Of a stretch of 64,000 bases of DNA, positions 1 to 12,325 are shown in pieces; within the stretch, counting starts at the first letter, position 1, and each line of letters begins with the position of its first letter. Location: the NCBI RefSeq assembly GCF_037042905.1, contig NC_087245.1, positions 2,296,001-2,360,000 of the forward strand, written 5' to 3'. This stretch comes from Lytechinus pictus. Its lineage: Eukaryota. Both the position numbers and the translations under genes were made by a program. The notes beneath the pieces are model-generated. The model searched no databases. It saw nothing but the letters and a program-made list of their open reading frames with translations, and was not told the DNA's origin.

Positions 1-64
1 TTTCCCCGGCCCCTATAAGATCGGAGGGTCGTTAGTCGTAAAAGTAGAGGGTCGTATCGTTCGT

Positions 65-646
65 TTAAGGACAAGCCTACCCCAACTAAAAAAAATATTT
101 GAAAAAAGAGAAAAATCTAAAAGCATAACATTGAAAATGACATCAAAATCGGATATAAAATAGTTATGAAATTTCAAAGTTTCGCTTAATTTCACATAAC
201 ACTTGTATGCACATCCTGGTCGGTATGCAAACGACGAGACTGATGACGTCATCCACTCACTATTTCTTTTGTATTTTATTATACGAAATATGAAATATTC
301 TAAATTTCTCCTCATTGTCAAGTGAAACAGTGATCAATTCCTCCCATGTGGAATTTGCATTGTTTATTACAATATGGTTCGGTCAAGTCGGTCAAATCTG
401 TAAAAAAAAAAATAATTATTGTATAATTATTCAAACCATTTAGTGAGTGATGGACATCATGGACTGACCCATTTGCATGTCACCGAGTTGTGCACATCAC
501 CGTTTTGTGAAAAATAAGCGAAATTTTAAAATACCACAACTTTCTTATTTTACATCCAATTTTGATGAAATTTTCAGTGTTAGGCTAGTTTGATTTTTCT
601 CTATTTATTAAAATCAACATTTTGCTGGGGTGGACTTCACCTTCAA
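65..646 (+). mobile_element. Non-autonomous TIR element/MITE, TTAA-AGG family A (Kolobok-like), copy 1
   Basis: Begins TTAAGGACAAGCCTACCCC and ends GGGGTGGACTTCACCTTCAA (degenerate TIRs). The interior matches 13429-13995 directly and 2071-2630 in reverse. Confidence 0.8.
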
Positions 647-654
647 TTATAAGG

Positions 655-990
655 AAAGGAGTGTCGCTAAACAAATAGTAGAGGGTCGCCGGTCATAAGA
701 GTGTCGCTATAAAGTACGAGAAGACTGTTACATAGTCATCATCATGTTAAAGGGGGTCGCTATTCATAATCAAAGAAGAGGATCGCTAGCATACAGTTAT
801 AACATGGAAAAGCTTAGCTAGGTTTAATATTCATAAGGGTCGCCAGTAGTAAAACATAGACACGATAGACTCGTAATATATAGTCATAACAGAAGAGGGT
901 CGCAAGTCATTAAAGCAGAAGGGGATCGCAGGTCATTAATAGTATTAGTAATGCCAGAGGTCACCAGTCACAATATTTATGGGGGTGACT
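655..990. repeat. Degenerate minisatellite (AGAGGGTCGC...AGTCAT motif)
   Basis: The GAGGGTCGC/AGGGTCGC motif recurs every ~30-60 bp. It also occurs at 24-56, on the other side of the MITE. Confidence 0.55.
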
Positions 991-1654
991 TAAACTATAT
1001 TTTCCCCAATAAGACATCTCAAAAGGTCTAAGTTAATTACAAATGCAAGGTCAAAGCGCGAGCTCTTTTTGGATACTTCATTTATTCAGACCTGAAAATT
1101 TGAAACAACGCAATTGGCCGTAAATTCTTATTCATAGACTTAAAGACATTATGAAGAGAATAACTTGGCCATTGATATGAGCATTAAGAATAATTAGGGA
1201 TGCACCATTAGATATCCAGGGGGGCTGGAAGTTAAAAAACAAAACTTGTTAAATGAGCAAAAAAAATCTTGACTCGCCATCAGAGTAAAAAAAAAATTGG
1301 TCCACTGATAAATCATATGAAAGGGGCAAAAACTGCTCGTGCTTCGCGCTCGCATTATTCATTTATTTGAGCCTAGTATTTCGGGGGGGAGGGGGTTACT
1401 CAGTGTGTTCCTTATGTAAAGGCGCTTAAAATCTCAAATTTTCATATCACATAAAAATCGTCTTATAGGCTTCCCATCACTTGCATCAAGATATCAATCC
1501 TTTTCATTACAAAAAGTACATAGAATGTCCTGTTTGGGGGTCTAAACCTTAAAAAATAGCACACACTTTCCGCTCATATTAGATCATGGTTACAAAACTA
1601 AGTGTTTAGAATGTCCGGTCATGAAATCGAGTTTTCAAAGGAGGTAAAAAAAAA

Positions 1655-2000
1655 GGTAAATTGCCGATTCGTCCATTGCCAACACATCTTCTCACGTCCA
1701 TCAACATTACGTCTAACAATCATTATAGGTCAATGACCATAATGTGCTATCAACATTTAGTCTAATCACCAGTTAGTCTATGACCATTTCGTCTAACCAG
1801 TTGGATTAATACTCGTTGATTTCCATTTGTTTTGCCGAATAAACATTTTAGACCAATTGTATAAAGAAATGACTTTTGGACCAACTGGTTATTAGACGAA
1901 ATGGCAATTATACCATGCGTATATTTTGACAACTGATGGTAGACAAACTTCTATTATACGAGTTGGTAATTTGACGAACTAGTATTTGACTTAATGAAAA
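1655..2000. mobile_element. Palindromic MITE (GTCTA/TAGAC-rich family)
   Basis: The left half is rich in GTCTAA/GTCTATGACCATTTCGTCTAACCAGTTGG and the right half in the reverse complements (ACCAACTGGTTATTAGACGAAATGG). Same family as 7430-7640 plus 23170-23315. Confidence 0.6.
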
Positions 2001-2070
2001 TTTTTTTTGACTAAAGCTACTTAGCGCCCCTCTTAGTATAATGAGCAGTGACCCTCTTCATTGATTATTA

Positions 2071-2630
2071 TTAAAGGTCAAGTCCACCCCAGAAAATGTT
2101 GATTTGAATAAATAGAGAAAAATCGAACGAGCACAACGCTGAAATTTCATCAAAATCAGATGTTAAATAAGAAAGTAATGACATATTAAGGTTTCGCTTA
2201 TTTTCACAAAATATAGTGATATGCACAATTAAGTGACATGCAAATGAGACAGACGATGGTGTCCATCACTGTTTTTTTATTGTTTGAATTATACAATATT
2301 TATTTTTTAAACAGATTTGGCAATAAGGACCAACCATATAGTATTAATCAATGCTAACTCCACATGTTCAGAGAGGAATTGATTGCTGTTTCAGTTGACA
2401 ATGAGGAAAATAGTTCATATAATGAAATACAAAATAGTGAGTGGATGACGTCATCAGTCTTCTCATTTGCATATCGACCAGGATATTTTTTTCGTAAAAT
2501 TAAGTGTAACTATAAAATGCCACAACTTTTTTTTTACATCCGATTTCGAGGAAATTTTCAGTGCTATGCTTGTTTGAATTTTCTCTTTTTATTCAAACCA
2601 ACTTTTGTTGTGGTGGACTTCTCCTTTGAA
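2071..2630 (-). mobile_element. TTAA-AGG family A MITE (Kolobok-like), copy 2, inverted
   Basis: TTAAAGGTCAAGTCCACCCC ... GGTGGACTTCTCCTTTGAA. The internal AGTGAGTGGATGACGTCATCAGT is the reverse complement of the motif in copy 1. Confidence 0.8.
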
Positions 2631-3205
2631 TAAAGATCATTATTAATTTCGTCTCCCGAAAAATTCCCTTTAAAAATGTCAAGCTCATCAGAGAGAGAAG
2701 GGAGGGGCAACGTCTTCCGTCCCAAGTGATCGCAGTTTTGCACTCGAATGGGGGCCCGGGAATGGGTGTATATTTTTTTCCTTCAAATTTACGGGGTGTG
2801 CCTCCCCCCCTCCCCCTCCTTTGATCCGTGCCTGCAATGGAATTTGTCATCTAGGGCAAAAAGATGTTGAAATAATAAAAAGTGTTCCTGTCAGCTGATG
2901 ATTCCGAACAGGAAAATGACAAGCCTTCATGTTGTTTCATGTTGTTTCTTACCTTAGAATGTCCAGTGGAATCTGTTCCTTCCCCGTCGTCGAACCAGGG
3001 ACGTCTGTTAGTCCCTGGTCTCATGTCCCCGGTTACATGTAAATTAATGATCCATCGTAGGGCCTGAGTTCAAGCCAAGTAGATAGGATAGAATTGGATA
3101 GTGGACAACATCCGCGAGAAAAAAAAAATCATGAACAAGGCTTATAGCTGTTTATCGTTGTTAGGCGGGTGCACGAATTCAGCCAAAACACAAAGAACGA
3201 GAAAA

Positions 3206-3785
3206 CAGCCCCGGGCTGAAAATATTTAGATCTAGATGAATAGAATAAAATTCAGGGCCAAATGCTGAAAAGTTCATTAGAATCGGATAAGTTATTGAAC
3301 TTCAACGATTTGCATCCCCCGGGTACTCTGGTGAAACAATTCTTGGCATGTCTTCATGAATATTCATTCGGTGGGCTGATTATGTCACATACTTTCCTTT
3401 TTCTTATGTCATTACATGAAATCATAATTGTTTCATTTTTCATTATGTAAATGATGTGTCTCAATTATTATGAAATACGTTGCAGTAAGAAATACATAAT
3501 GCACGTAATCAGTTATCAGTCCAATTGTTTAAGTCCTTGGTAGGAAACTTTTGAATTTATAGTACACCTAATTTTCATATAATAAAATACAAAAGAACAA
3601 GACAGTGGGGATATGGCATCATCAGCCCAAGGCTAATGAATATTCATGAAGACGAGCCTAGAGCTGTTTCACCAGAATAATGCAAATCTTTAATTGTTAT
3701 CTGATTTTGATCAAATTTTCAGCATTTTGCTATTTGAATTTTATTCTTTTTAGTGAAATATGTCCAGCCTGGAGCATCCCTTCAA
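3206..3785 (-). mobile_element. TTAA-AGGG family B MITE (Kolobok-like), degenerate copy
   Basis: GGGCTGAAAATATTT ... CAGCCTGGAGCATCCCTTCAA. It is the reverse-orientation homologue of 16123-16720. Confidence 0.7.
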
Positions 3786-3864
3786 TCACGAAGGCCTAAA
3801 TTGTAAATAGAGGACGTCATTTGCAAAATTGATGGAAGCGTGGCATTTAGTTTATTCTATCTTA

Positions 3865-3958
3865 TACCTCGGTCACATTTGCTCCACGGCGGCCGTCGAG
3901 AACGGCATTTTTATTCATACCACATATGTAGCTATTCCAAAAAAATGTGACCGAGATA
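3865..3958. mobile_element. Small internally deleted MITE
   Basis: Inverted termini TACCTCGGTCACATTT / AAATGTGACCGAGATA. Confidence 0.55.
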
Positions 3959-3998
3959 TTAATCGTAATAATGGCAAAAAAATGTGAGGTACTAGTGA

Positions 3999-5084
3999 TA
4001 GGCCTGGGAGTAAACATCGATTGATCGAATGGTTCGAATGGCTTGCCGCCAATCGCTAATCGATTAGCAAAATTTACACGAATCGAATGTAATCGAATTT
4101 AATCCCACCTGGCCTTCCATGCCCTCGATACACAATGTATGTTGTATGCATAGGTGTATAATAACTCTATGGTTGCATGTCTATGTGCTTAAAACAGAAA
4201 GTACACACACACAAGGAGCTGACTTGAGCCAATATGTGATTGGACATTCAATGGCCAATGAAACTTCTGGGATCGAGGTCGTGACTCCAGAAAAAATTGA
4301 CCCCTCCCCATCTCTGTGTATGGGTGAGCATGGTGTGAGTGAGAGAGAGAAAGGATAGCGGTGGGAATTCTTTCACGTTTCAAAACAATGCAATCTCTTT
4401 TAGCCTCTCCCTCACACAATCAAAATAACATTCCAACACGCGCCATCACCTAATTCTAGATGTCGACTAGTTTCCCAAAACAGACCCAGTTATAGGTTTA
4501 AATGATCAGAAATTGTAATTCTGAGAGGTATTTCAATTGAAAAATATTTTGCAAAATATTTTGAACATCATGGGCAGAGTACCACATGTGAGGGTTGGGG
4601 CGAGGTATGGGCAATGAATGAAATTTTACAATAAGCAAAAAGCACCACATGCGTGTCTGTCTCAAAGAATACTTCATGAATGAGTTGTTTACAGAGATGT
4701 AAATTGGACCCAAGACTATAGGCTGATTCATTCATATGCAGGGGTGTTGCACTTGGAGGGATGCATAATACAAGGATTGATTTGGGATAGATTTTCATTG
4801 GAACAATAAAGTGAAAGTTTTAATCTAATTCCATATAGTTTCTTTTAAAATAGAAATCAAAGAGAAGGGGGAATACTTGGCTTACTTTAATTTATAAGGA
4901 ACAGATGTACTCTACCCTACATCAGATGTTCAATAATTGAAAAAACCTATTCGGGAGGTCTTCACAAGTAGGTCAACTAACTATTGGCTTAGAAGACGTG
5001 ATTTCCGACGAACAATCGAATGGTTCGATTGTTTTTTCAGGAACTATAAATCGAATAGTAAAATTGACATTCGTCCCAGGCCGA
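3999..5084. mobile_element. hAT-like non-autonomous element
   Basis: TAGGCCTGGGA ... TCCCAGGCCGA termini with clustered subterminal ATCGAAT/TTCGAT motifs at both ends. The TSD is not clean. Confidence 0.5.
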
Positions 5085-5964
5085 AACTTGTGGCTCGTCA
5101 GAGTGCCCCCCTGCCCCCTCCCCCCCCCCCCCCCACCCCCGTAGGTACGCTAGTGATTACGATACGTAGACTGCAAAAGAGTAATATTCAAAATTCAAAG
5201 ATAAAATGCCAAATTCCAACGAGGATATACCGGTATTTTAGAGTCGGAAATTAATAGAGGAGCGATTGCATCTTGGCCTGAGCTAACAAAGTCAGGGAAT
5301 GGTAGGCAAGTTTCTTACAATTGCTTTATTATTGGTATTCGAGCCAAGCGATTGTCATCGCCTTTGAATTGGTATGGATTGGGGAGCGGCTACATAACAG
5401 TGCAGTACTACGAACTAGCTAGCGTGGAATCCATCGCTACTGCGGCGCTAGCTAGTGCAGCAGGCCTGGCCTGCCGCTGATACCTGCTCAGTGCATGCAG
5501 TGCGTGCAGATCGGCCGGAACGAAGCGGACAAAATTAGTTCTCCATCGTTCCGCCGATTTTTGGCTCCTCCCACTTTTCGACTCTGCCATGGAGGTGGGG
5601 CTAAAATCGTTCCCCGTTCCGACGCAGGATCCTGCAGGCGGATGGAGGAGAACGCCATCGATAATAAAACTACGGTCCCTTAGAGCACCTATTAACACCA
5701 AAATATAGACATTATAATTTGAAACAAAAATTTTATAGACTTTTTAAATCTGTCCCGTTTTTTTTTATACGCACTGTATATATATATATATATCTTACCA
5801 TAATCAGATATCACTTCAAAAAGGCTTTGCTCTACTCTACTTTGCTCCGCCGCCCTTCTTTTACCTCCCTATCCACATAACACTTGAACATCAACGTTGC
5901 TTCTCCCCCCCTCCACCACGCTTACACTTACGGTTTTCCCGGCTTCGCCACAGATTATTTCATT

Positions 5965-6729
5965 TTTCGGATTGACGAACCTTCGGAATAAAGAACCTTA
6001 TTTTGTTTTCGGATTATCGAACCTTCGGAAAAACTAACCTTATTTCGTTTTCGGATTAACGAACCTTCGGAACAACGAACTTTATTTCGTTTTCAGATTA
6101 TGGAACCTTCGGAACAACGAACCTTATATCGTTCTCGGAATAACGAACCTTATTCCGTTTTCAAACTGACGAACCTTTGGAATAACGCCACAAATGTTCG
6201 CATTAACGAACCCTTTTCTTTTTCGGTTTAACGAACATCGAGGTATAGGCAATTTACGTGTTTCGGAATTACGAACCTTCAGAATAACAAATCTTTGGAA
6301 TTACGGTTACACTTCGTAATTCCGAAGGTTCGTAATTCCGAAACACGTAAATTGCCTATACCTCGATGTTCGTTAATCCGAAAACGTAAAAGGGTTCGTT
6401 AATCCGAACATTTGTGGCGTTATTCCAAAGGTTCGATAATCCGAAAACGAAATAAGGTTCGATGTTCCGAAGGTTCGTTAGTCCGAAAACAAAATAAGGT
6501 TAGATAATCATTTAGTTTTCGGACTAACGAACCTTCGGAATTACGAACCTCATTTCTTTTACGGATTAACGAACCTTCGGAATTACGAACCTCACTTCGT
6601 TTTCGGACTAACCAACATTTGGAATTACGAGCCTCATTTCGTTTTCGGACAACGAACCTTCGGAATTACGAACCTTCGGAATATCCGAACCTTCTGAATA
6701 ACGAAGCTTAGGAATTACGAATGTATGCG
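5965..6729. mobile_element. AACGAACCTTCGGAAT-repeat MITE plus an adjacent inverted partial copy
   Basis: Dense ACGAACCTTCGGA/TCCGAAGGTTCGT motifs. 6160-6300 is the reverse complement of ~6315-6460, giving a palindrome centred near 6308. Confidence 0.7.
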
Positions 6730-7429
6730 CCAATCCCCATAGGCTTACTCGCAGTGGCACCACGTTCTGTTGGATCACATGCACGCAAACCACGCTATAC
6801 CGCAACTGCGCATCCATCAATGAAAGATATTCTCCTGCACAGGTTTCCTAGGCCGTAAGACAATACTTAAAAATGCTAAAATTTCAAGTTTTCAGACCTT
6901 ATAATATCAACAAATTTCGCGCTCTCATTAAATTTATACATAATTTAAATCTGTGTTACAACCTGGGTATCTATTACTGTTTTTCTGACTGCTATAAAAT
7001 ATTCCACCATCATAATTATCATTGTATGTATCTGACCTAAAAAGGCATGTGACACACAGCAGAAATTGGACAATCAATGTAATATAATTCAAGCTGATTT
7101 AAAAAAAAGTCGCCTTTGCAGACATTAATAATTAAAATCCATTTTTTGTGTGCTTATTCTTTCAGAATAATCAAGACAATCTGCTCAGTGTTTTGTATGC
7201 CAATACTTTTGAGATTTGAAAATTGACTTTTTAAAAATTAATCTATCCCACAATACAGTGCATTATTGTGAACAACTCATGCTTTTCTGCAGGCACACCA
7301 AAATTATCTTGTCATAATTATAAGTTTCAACAAATTCTTTCAATCATTTCTTCCTTGCGATTCAAATACCACCTTTTCATGTTATGTGAATCATGATGGA
7401 CAAAAAACACAATCATACGTTTATTTTAA

Positions 7430-7640
7430 ATTGGTCTAATGCTGATTTGTCCAATTACAAACTAATCTACTATCATTTGGTCTACCATCAGTTCATCCAC
7501 TATCCACATGGTCCAATTGCCATTTCATCTAATACAGATTTAGTTCATATAACATTTGGTCTAATTGGACCAAGTGTTATATGAACTAAAAAGGAATGAA
7601 AAGAAAATAGACCAACTGGTTATGAGACGAAATGGTCATA
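7430..7640. mobile_element. Left part of a GTCTA/TAGAC MITE split by the giant element (right part at 23170-23315)
   Basis: Ends ...GACGAAATGGTCATA and resumes at 23170 as TAGACCAACTGG...GGAATTTACC, matching the family at 1655-2000. Confidence 0.65.
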
Positions 7641-9460
7641 CCCTTGTAAAAAAAAACCATGGTTTGATGGTAAGGTAAAACCATGGTTTTGCATTGGATC
7701 CATCGTACAGTAATTTCATAGTTTAACCATAGTAAGATATGGTTTAATTATGGTGAAATCATGGTGCACTAGTGTTTAACCATAGTCAAACTATAGCTTT
7801 AGCATGGGTAAACCATGGTAACCATGGTTAAATGGTGTTAAATTGGAACGCACTTACCATGACATTACTATGGCATAACCATGGTCACAACTGTGTTTTT
7901 ACCATATTTTAACAATGGTTAAGAAAGTATAAAACCATGGTAAAGAGAAGGTGAAACCATGGTTAGAAAAAGGTGAAACCATTGTTTTACAGCTGCCAAA
8001 CCACATAATTACAACCCGAATCACGGTAAAACCATAATCAATTGTATGGTAGACCCACCTTTTGACCATAGTGCAATATTGTATGATGATGGTTAAACCA
8101 TGTCAAAGTACTGTCTAGCCATGGTTTAACCATGGTTTACCACGGTTAAACTATAGGTTTAGCATGGGTAAACCATGGTAACCATGGTTAAAAGGTGTTA
8201 AATTGGAACGCACTTACCATGACATTACTATGGCATAACCATGGTCACAATTATGTTTTTACCATAGTTTAACCATGGTTAAGAAAGTATAAAACCATGG
8301 TAAAGAGAAGGTGAAACCATGGTTAGAAAAAGGTGAAACCATTGTTTTACAGCTGCCAAACCACATAATTACAACCCAAATCACGGTAAAACCATAATCA
8401 ATTGTATGGTAAACCCACCTTTTAACCATAGTGCAATATTGTATGATGATGGTTGAACCATGTCAAAGTACTGTCTAGCCATGGTTTAACTATGGTGTAC
8501 CACGGTTAAACCATAGGTTTAGCATGGGTAAACCATGGTAACCATGGTTAAAAGGTGTTAAATTGGAACGCACTTACCATGACATTACCATGGCATAACC
8601 ATGGTCACAACTGTGTTTTTACCGTACTATAACCACGGTTAAGAAAAGGTGAAACTATGGTTAAGAAAGTATAAAACCATGGTAAAGGGTAGGTAAAACC
8701 ATGGTAAAGCGAAGGTGAAACCATGGTTAGAAAACGGTGAAACCATTGTTTTACAGCTGCCAAACCACATAATTACAACCCAGATCACGGTAAAACCATA
8801 ATCAATTGTATGGTAAACCCACCTTTTAACCATAGTGCAATATTGTATGATGATGGTTGAACCATGTCAAAGTACTGTCTAGCCATGGTTTAACTATGGT
8901 GTACCACGGTTAAACTATAGGTTTAGCATGGGTAAACCATGGTAACCATGGTTAAAAGGTGTTAAATTGGAACGCACTTACCATGACATTACCATGGCAT
9001 AACCATGGTCACAACTGTGTTTTTACCGTACTATAACCACGGTTAAGAAAAGGTGAAACTATGGTTAAGAAAGTATAAAACCATGGTAAAGGGTAGGTAA
9101 AACCATGGTAAAGCGAAGGTGAAACCATGGTTAGAAAACGGTGAAACCATTGTTTTACAGCAGCCAAACCACATAATTACAACCCAAATCACGGTAAAAC
9201 CATGATCAATCATATGGTAAAACCACCTTTTAACCATTAGTACAATATTGTATGATGATGGTTAAACCATGTCAAAGTACTGTCTAACCATGGTTTAACC
9301 ATTGTATACCACGGTTTAACCATAATGTGCCACAGTTAATCGATGGTTTCATTGTAGATAAACCATGGCTACCATGGTTTAACCGTGGTTACAACCTTGT
9401 TTTTATTGTGGTAAATCCATCGTTTCAAAGTGTCTTTACTATGGTTAAGAAAAGGTGAAA
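7641..9460. repeat. Left subterminal tandem array (units of 360, 360, 404 and ~404 bp), CCATGG-rich
   Basis: AGCATGGGTAAACCATGGTAACCATGG starts at 7801, 8161, 8521 and 8925. The duplicate ORFs at 8639 and 9043 are offset by 404 bp. Confidence 0.9.
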
Positions 9461-10077
9461 CAATTATTTAAAAACAGAAACAGCGATAACAAAAAGACCT
9501 TGGACCAGCAAATTTGACTGTTATATTGGGAATCTCTGTATATTGAGTTTCTAGTGTATCAGCGAAAGAAAAGAGTCAATTAAAATACAGTTACAATGTA
9601 CACATTCGGCTACATCATCAAAGAGCCACATTGGTGATGGTATAATAAGAAATTACATTTAAAATTGTAGGTCAGTCAGACAGATAATATGACAGAGGTC
9701 ATATTCCACACTACACATCGCCACTTATTGTATCAATCAGTGAGTGATCACACAATGACCTAAAAAGGGACAAAATGCAAATCAGTGTTAAGAACAACGC
9801 AATGAAAACTTTTAATAAAAATAAAGTCAAACACATCTAATACAGTACTACATGTACAGCTCTGGAAACATTACCCAAGTTAGCTGACAAAAGAGGCAAG
9901 TCTTTATACATGGCAGGTTTGAATACATATCTATAAAAGAACCCACATAAATTTTAATACATTCTTTATAAATTTTGTACTTTTCACACAAACAGTTAGC
10001 ACAGATAAGGCAAGCTAAACTAAGTAAGGAATGTATACATGTACTCCTGAAAACTGTTTTATTACTGCTGATTTCAT

Positions 10078-11810
10078 TAGGAGTGGGCTATAAATGGGTG
10101 ATTTTTGGTTTTACTGTGGCAACAGTTTTTTTGTATTCCTTTTACCTTATCTCAACATGAAATGACAATATTTTTTGTCTTGGGTCCGAGAAAAAAGTGT
10201 GCCGGGCCAAAATCCAAAATGGCCGCCAAAACCCCCTAAAATCACAGTTTTGGCCACAACTTGTTTATTTGGTGGTCTTTTTCTCTGGTTTTGGTGTCTA
10301 TTCATATGTTTTTAGGGGCAGGCAATTTGTTTTTCCTAAAATTAGTACTTGTAAAGCATTATTTGTAGAGTTAAGAGGTGATTTTACTTAAATTTTCAAG
10401 TTTTTAGACCCTGTTTTCAGCCCCAAATTAGGTTCCATTTTCTTGTGGTTCTTGGATATTAAACAATACCAGTTGATCAGTAGTAAGCAGCTAAATAGAG
10501 CTATATTGCTTTTATTCCAAAATTGGGGTTGATGGATATTTGCGAAATACATCTTATCAAATAAAATAAAATGTCATTTATCCATAGGGGCTGTAAGGTA
10601 TACAATGTACTGTACATAATACTGTACACTGCATATATCCATGCATTGACCACCATGACATATATGACAAGTCCTGAGTATAAACTATAGTGTCATAGTT
10701 TAAGTGAGCTCCTGAGGTTTAGAATTAGATTGTGACTTGTGAATTTGATTGCTTGTTAGCTGATGTACATGATGTAACCGGATGATAAACATAAATTGCA
10801 CATAAGCATCATGTACGTGTACATGTATATGTACGTACATCACATTTTTAGCAGGCTTTAGCCATATCTTCTTCGTTTGGAGGCTTGTTTTTACCTGGTG
10901 GTCTAACCCTATGTTTATGGGGTCAGGTAACTACCAAGGTAAAACTGATCAACGGCCAATCAGAATCAAGGATTCCATGCAAGTTACCATTGGACGGCAA
11001 AGTTACCATAATCAGAATAGCCACAGTGTAAGTGCCATAATGTGGGTTGACTACATGTATAATATAATCCATTGTTAATATTTTCCTCTCTCCACCCCCT
11101 GAATGAGCGTAATTGACAAAACATATGTCTTCAATTTCTGAGACAAAACATACAGTATCTTCATTTTTCAATAGCTCATTTCTATGACACTATAGTTTAT
11201 ATACAGACCTTGTCATGGTGGTCAATGCATGGACATACATGTATGCAGTGCAGTATGTACAATACAATGTATACTGTATAGCCCCTACGGATAAATAACA
11301 TTTTTTATTAAATATTATTTATTTCGCAAATATCCGTAAAACCCAAAGTAGAGGAATAAGAGCAATACATGTATAGCTATATGAAACTACTTGCTATTGT
11401 GGAGCTCGTATCGTCCAATATCCAAGAACCACAAGACAGTGAAACCTAATTTTTGGCTGAAAAAGGGGTCTAAAAATGTGTAAATTTAAGGAAAATCACC
11501 TTTTAACTCTACAAATAATGTTTTTTAAATACTAATTTCAGGTAAAACAATTTGCCTGCCCCCAAAAACATATGAATAGACACCAAAACCAGAGAAAAAG
11601 ACCACCAAATAGAGAAGTTGTAGCCAAAACTGTGATTTTGGGGGGTTCTGGCGGCCATTTTGGATTTTGGCCCGGCACACTTTTTTCTCGGACCCGAGAC
11701 AAAAAATATTGTCATTTCATGTTGAGATACATTACAAGGAATAGATAAAAACTGTTGCCATATTAAAATGACAAAAAAATTATTTTTGACCCATGTATAG
11801 CCCACTCCTA
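10078..11810. mobile_element. Foldback-like element with ~620-bp TIRs and a 7-bp TSD (hAT-like TAGG termini)
   Basis: ATTTCAT-TAGGAGTGGGCTATA ... TATAGCCCACTCCTA-ATTTCAT. 10078-10700 is the reverse complement of ~11183-11810. Confidence 0.85.
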
Positions 11811-12085
11811 ATTTCATATAACTGATTTGGCCAAGAAGACATGTTAGAAAGACTTTATACAAAAATTAAAAGAAAATAACTAGATGGATTCTCGACTGCA
11901 CACAGTCGAGATTTATGCCTCCGCCATTGCCACTAGATCAGAAATATGTTGCACAGGTAATTTCCCATAAATCTTCAAATTTGTTCTATTCTTTTTATAT
12001 TAAATAATTTATGCCTTATCCCAACATAAATAAACACTGAATGTTCAGTGCATGTTTGAGCTGCTAAGAAAAAAATTTACAGGCC

Positions 12086-12156
12086 GGCTCGGGTAGGAAT
12101 CGAACCCACGACCTTCTGGTTATCAGACAGGCGTAATACCACTTAACCACCGAGAA
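12086..12156 (-). pseudogene. tRNA-derived sequence (Thr-like body, GAT at the anticodon position)
   Basis: Reverse complement reads TTCTCGG-TGGTTAAGTGG...CCTGTCTGATAACCAGA...GTGGGTTCGATTCCTAC-CCGAGCC. A and B boxes are present with a T7 run downstream. The acceptor and anticodon stems are mismatched. Confidence 0.65.
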
Positions 12157-12254
12157 GCCCGATGGCTGGTAGCTGGTTTGATTCACATAATAGCAGCAGG
12201 TACAGTACTGTGTTGATATATCACATAATAGCAGCCAATAGCCATCGGGCTTAA

Positions 12255-12325
12255 TTCCTGGTGGTCTAGTTGTATGACGCCTGTCTAGTAACCAGGAGGT
12301 CGCGAGTTCGATTCCTACCATAGCT
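12255..12325 (+). pseudogene. tRNA-Thr(AGT)-derived sequence
   Basis: TGGTCTAGTTG...GCCTGTCTAGTAACCAGGAGGTC..GAGTTCGATTC resembles the eukaryotic tRNA-Thr anticodon arm. The acceptor stem is decayed. Confidence 0.65.

Noticed and set aside
2949..3110. Minus-strand coding exon ending at a GTAAGA donor
   Set aside because: There are stops in all frames upstream, no clear acceptor and no recognisable protein.
5408..5701. GC-rich ORFs as a real gene
   Set aside because: There is no recognisable domain or splice structure. It may be a promoter-like or TE-internal fragment.
8639..9237. Duplicated 64-aa hydrophobic ORFs
   Set aside because: They are translations of the 404-bp subterminal repeat.
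12086..12325. Functional tRNA genes
   Set aside because: The acceptor and anticodon stems are mismatched, and both sequences sit inside a TIR element.
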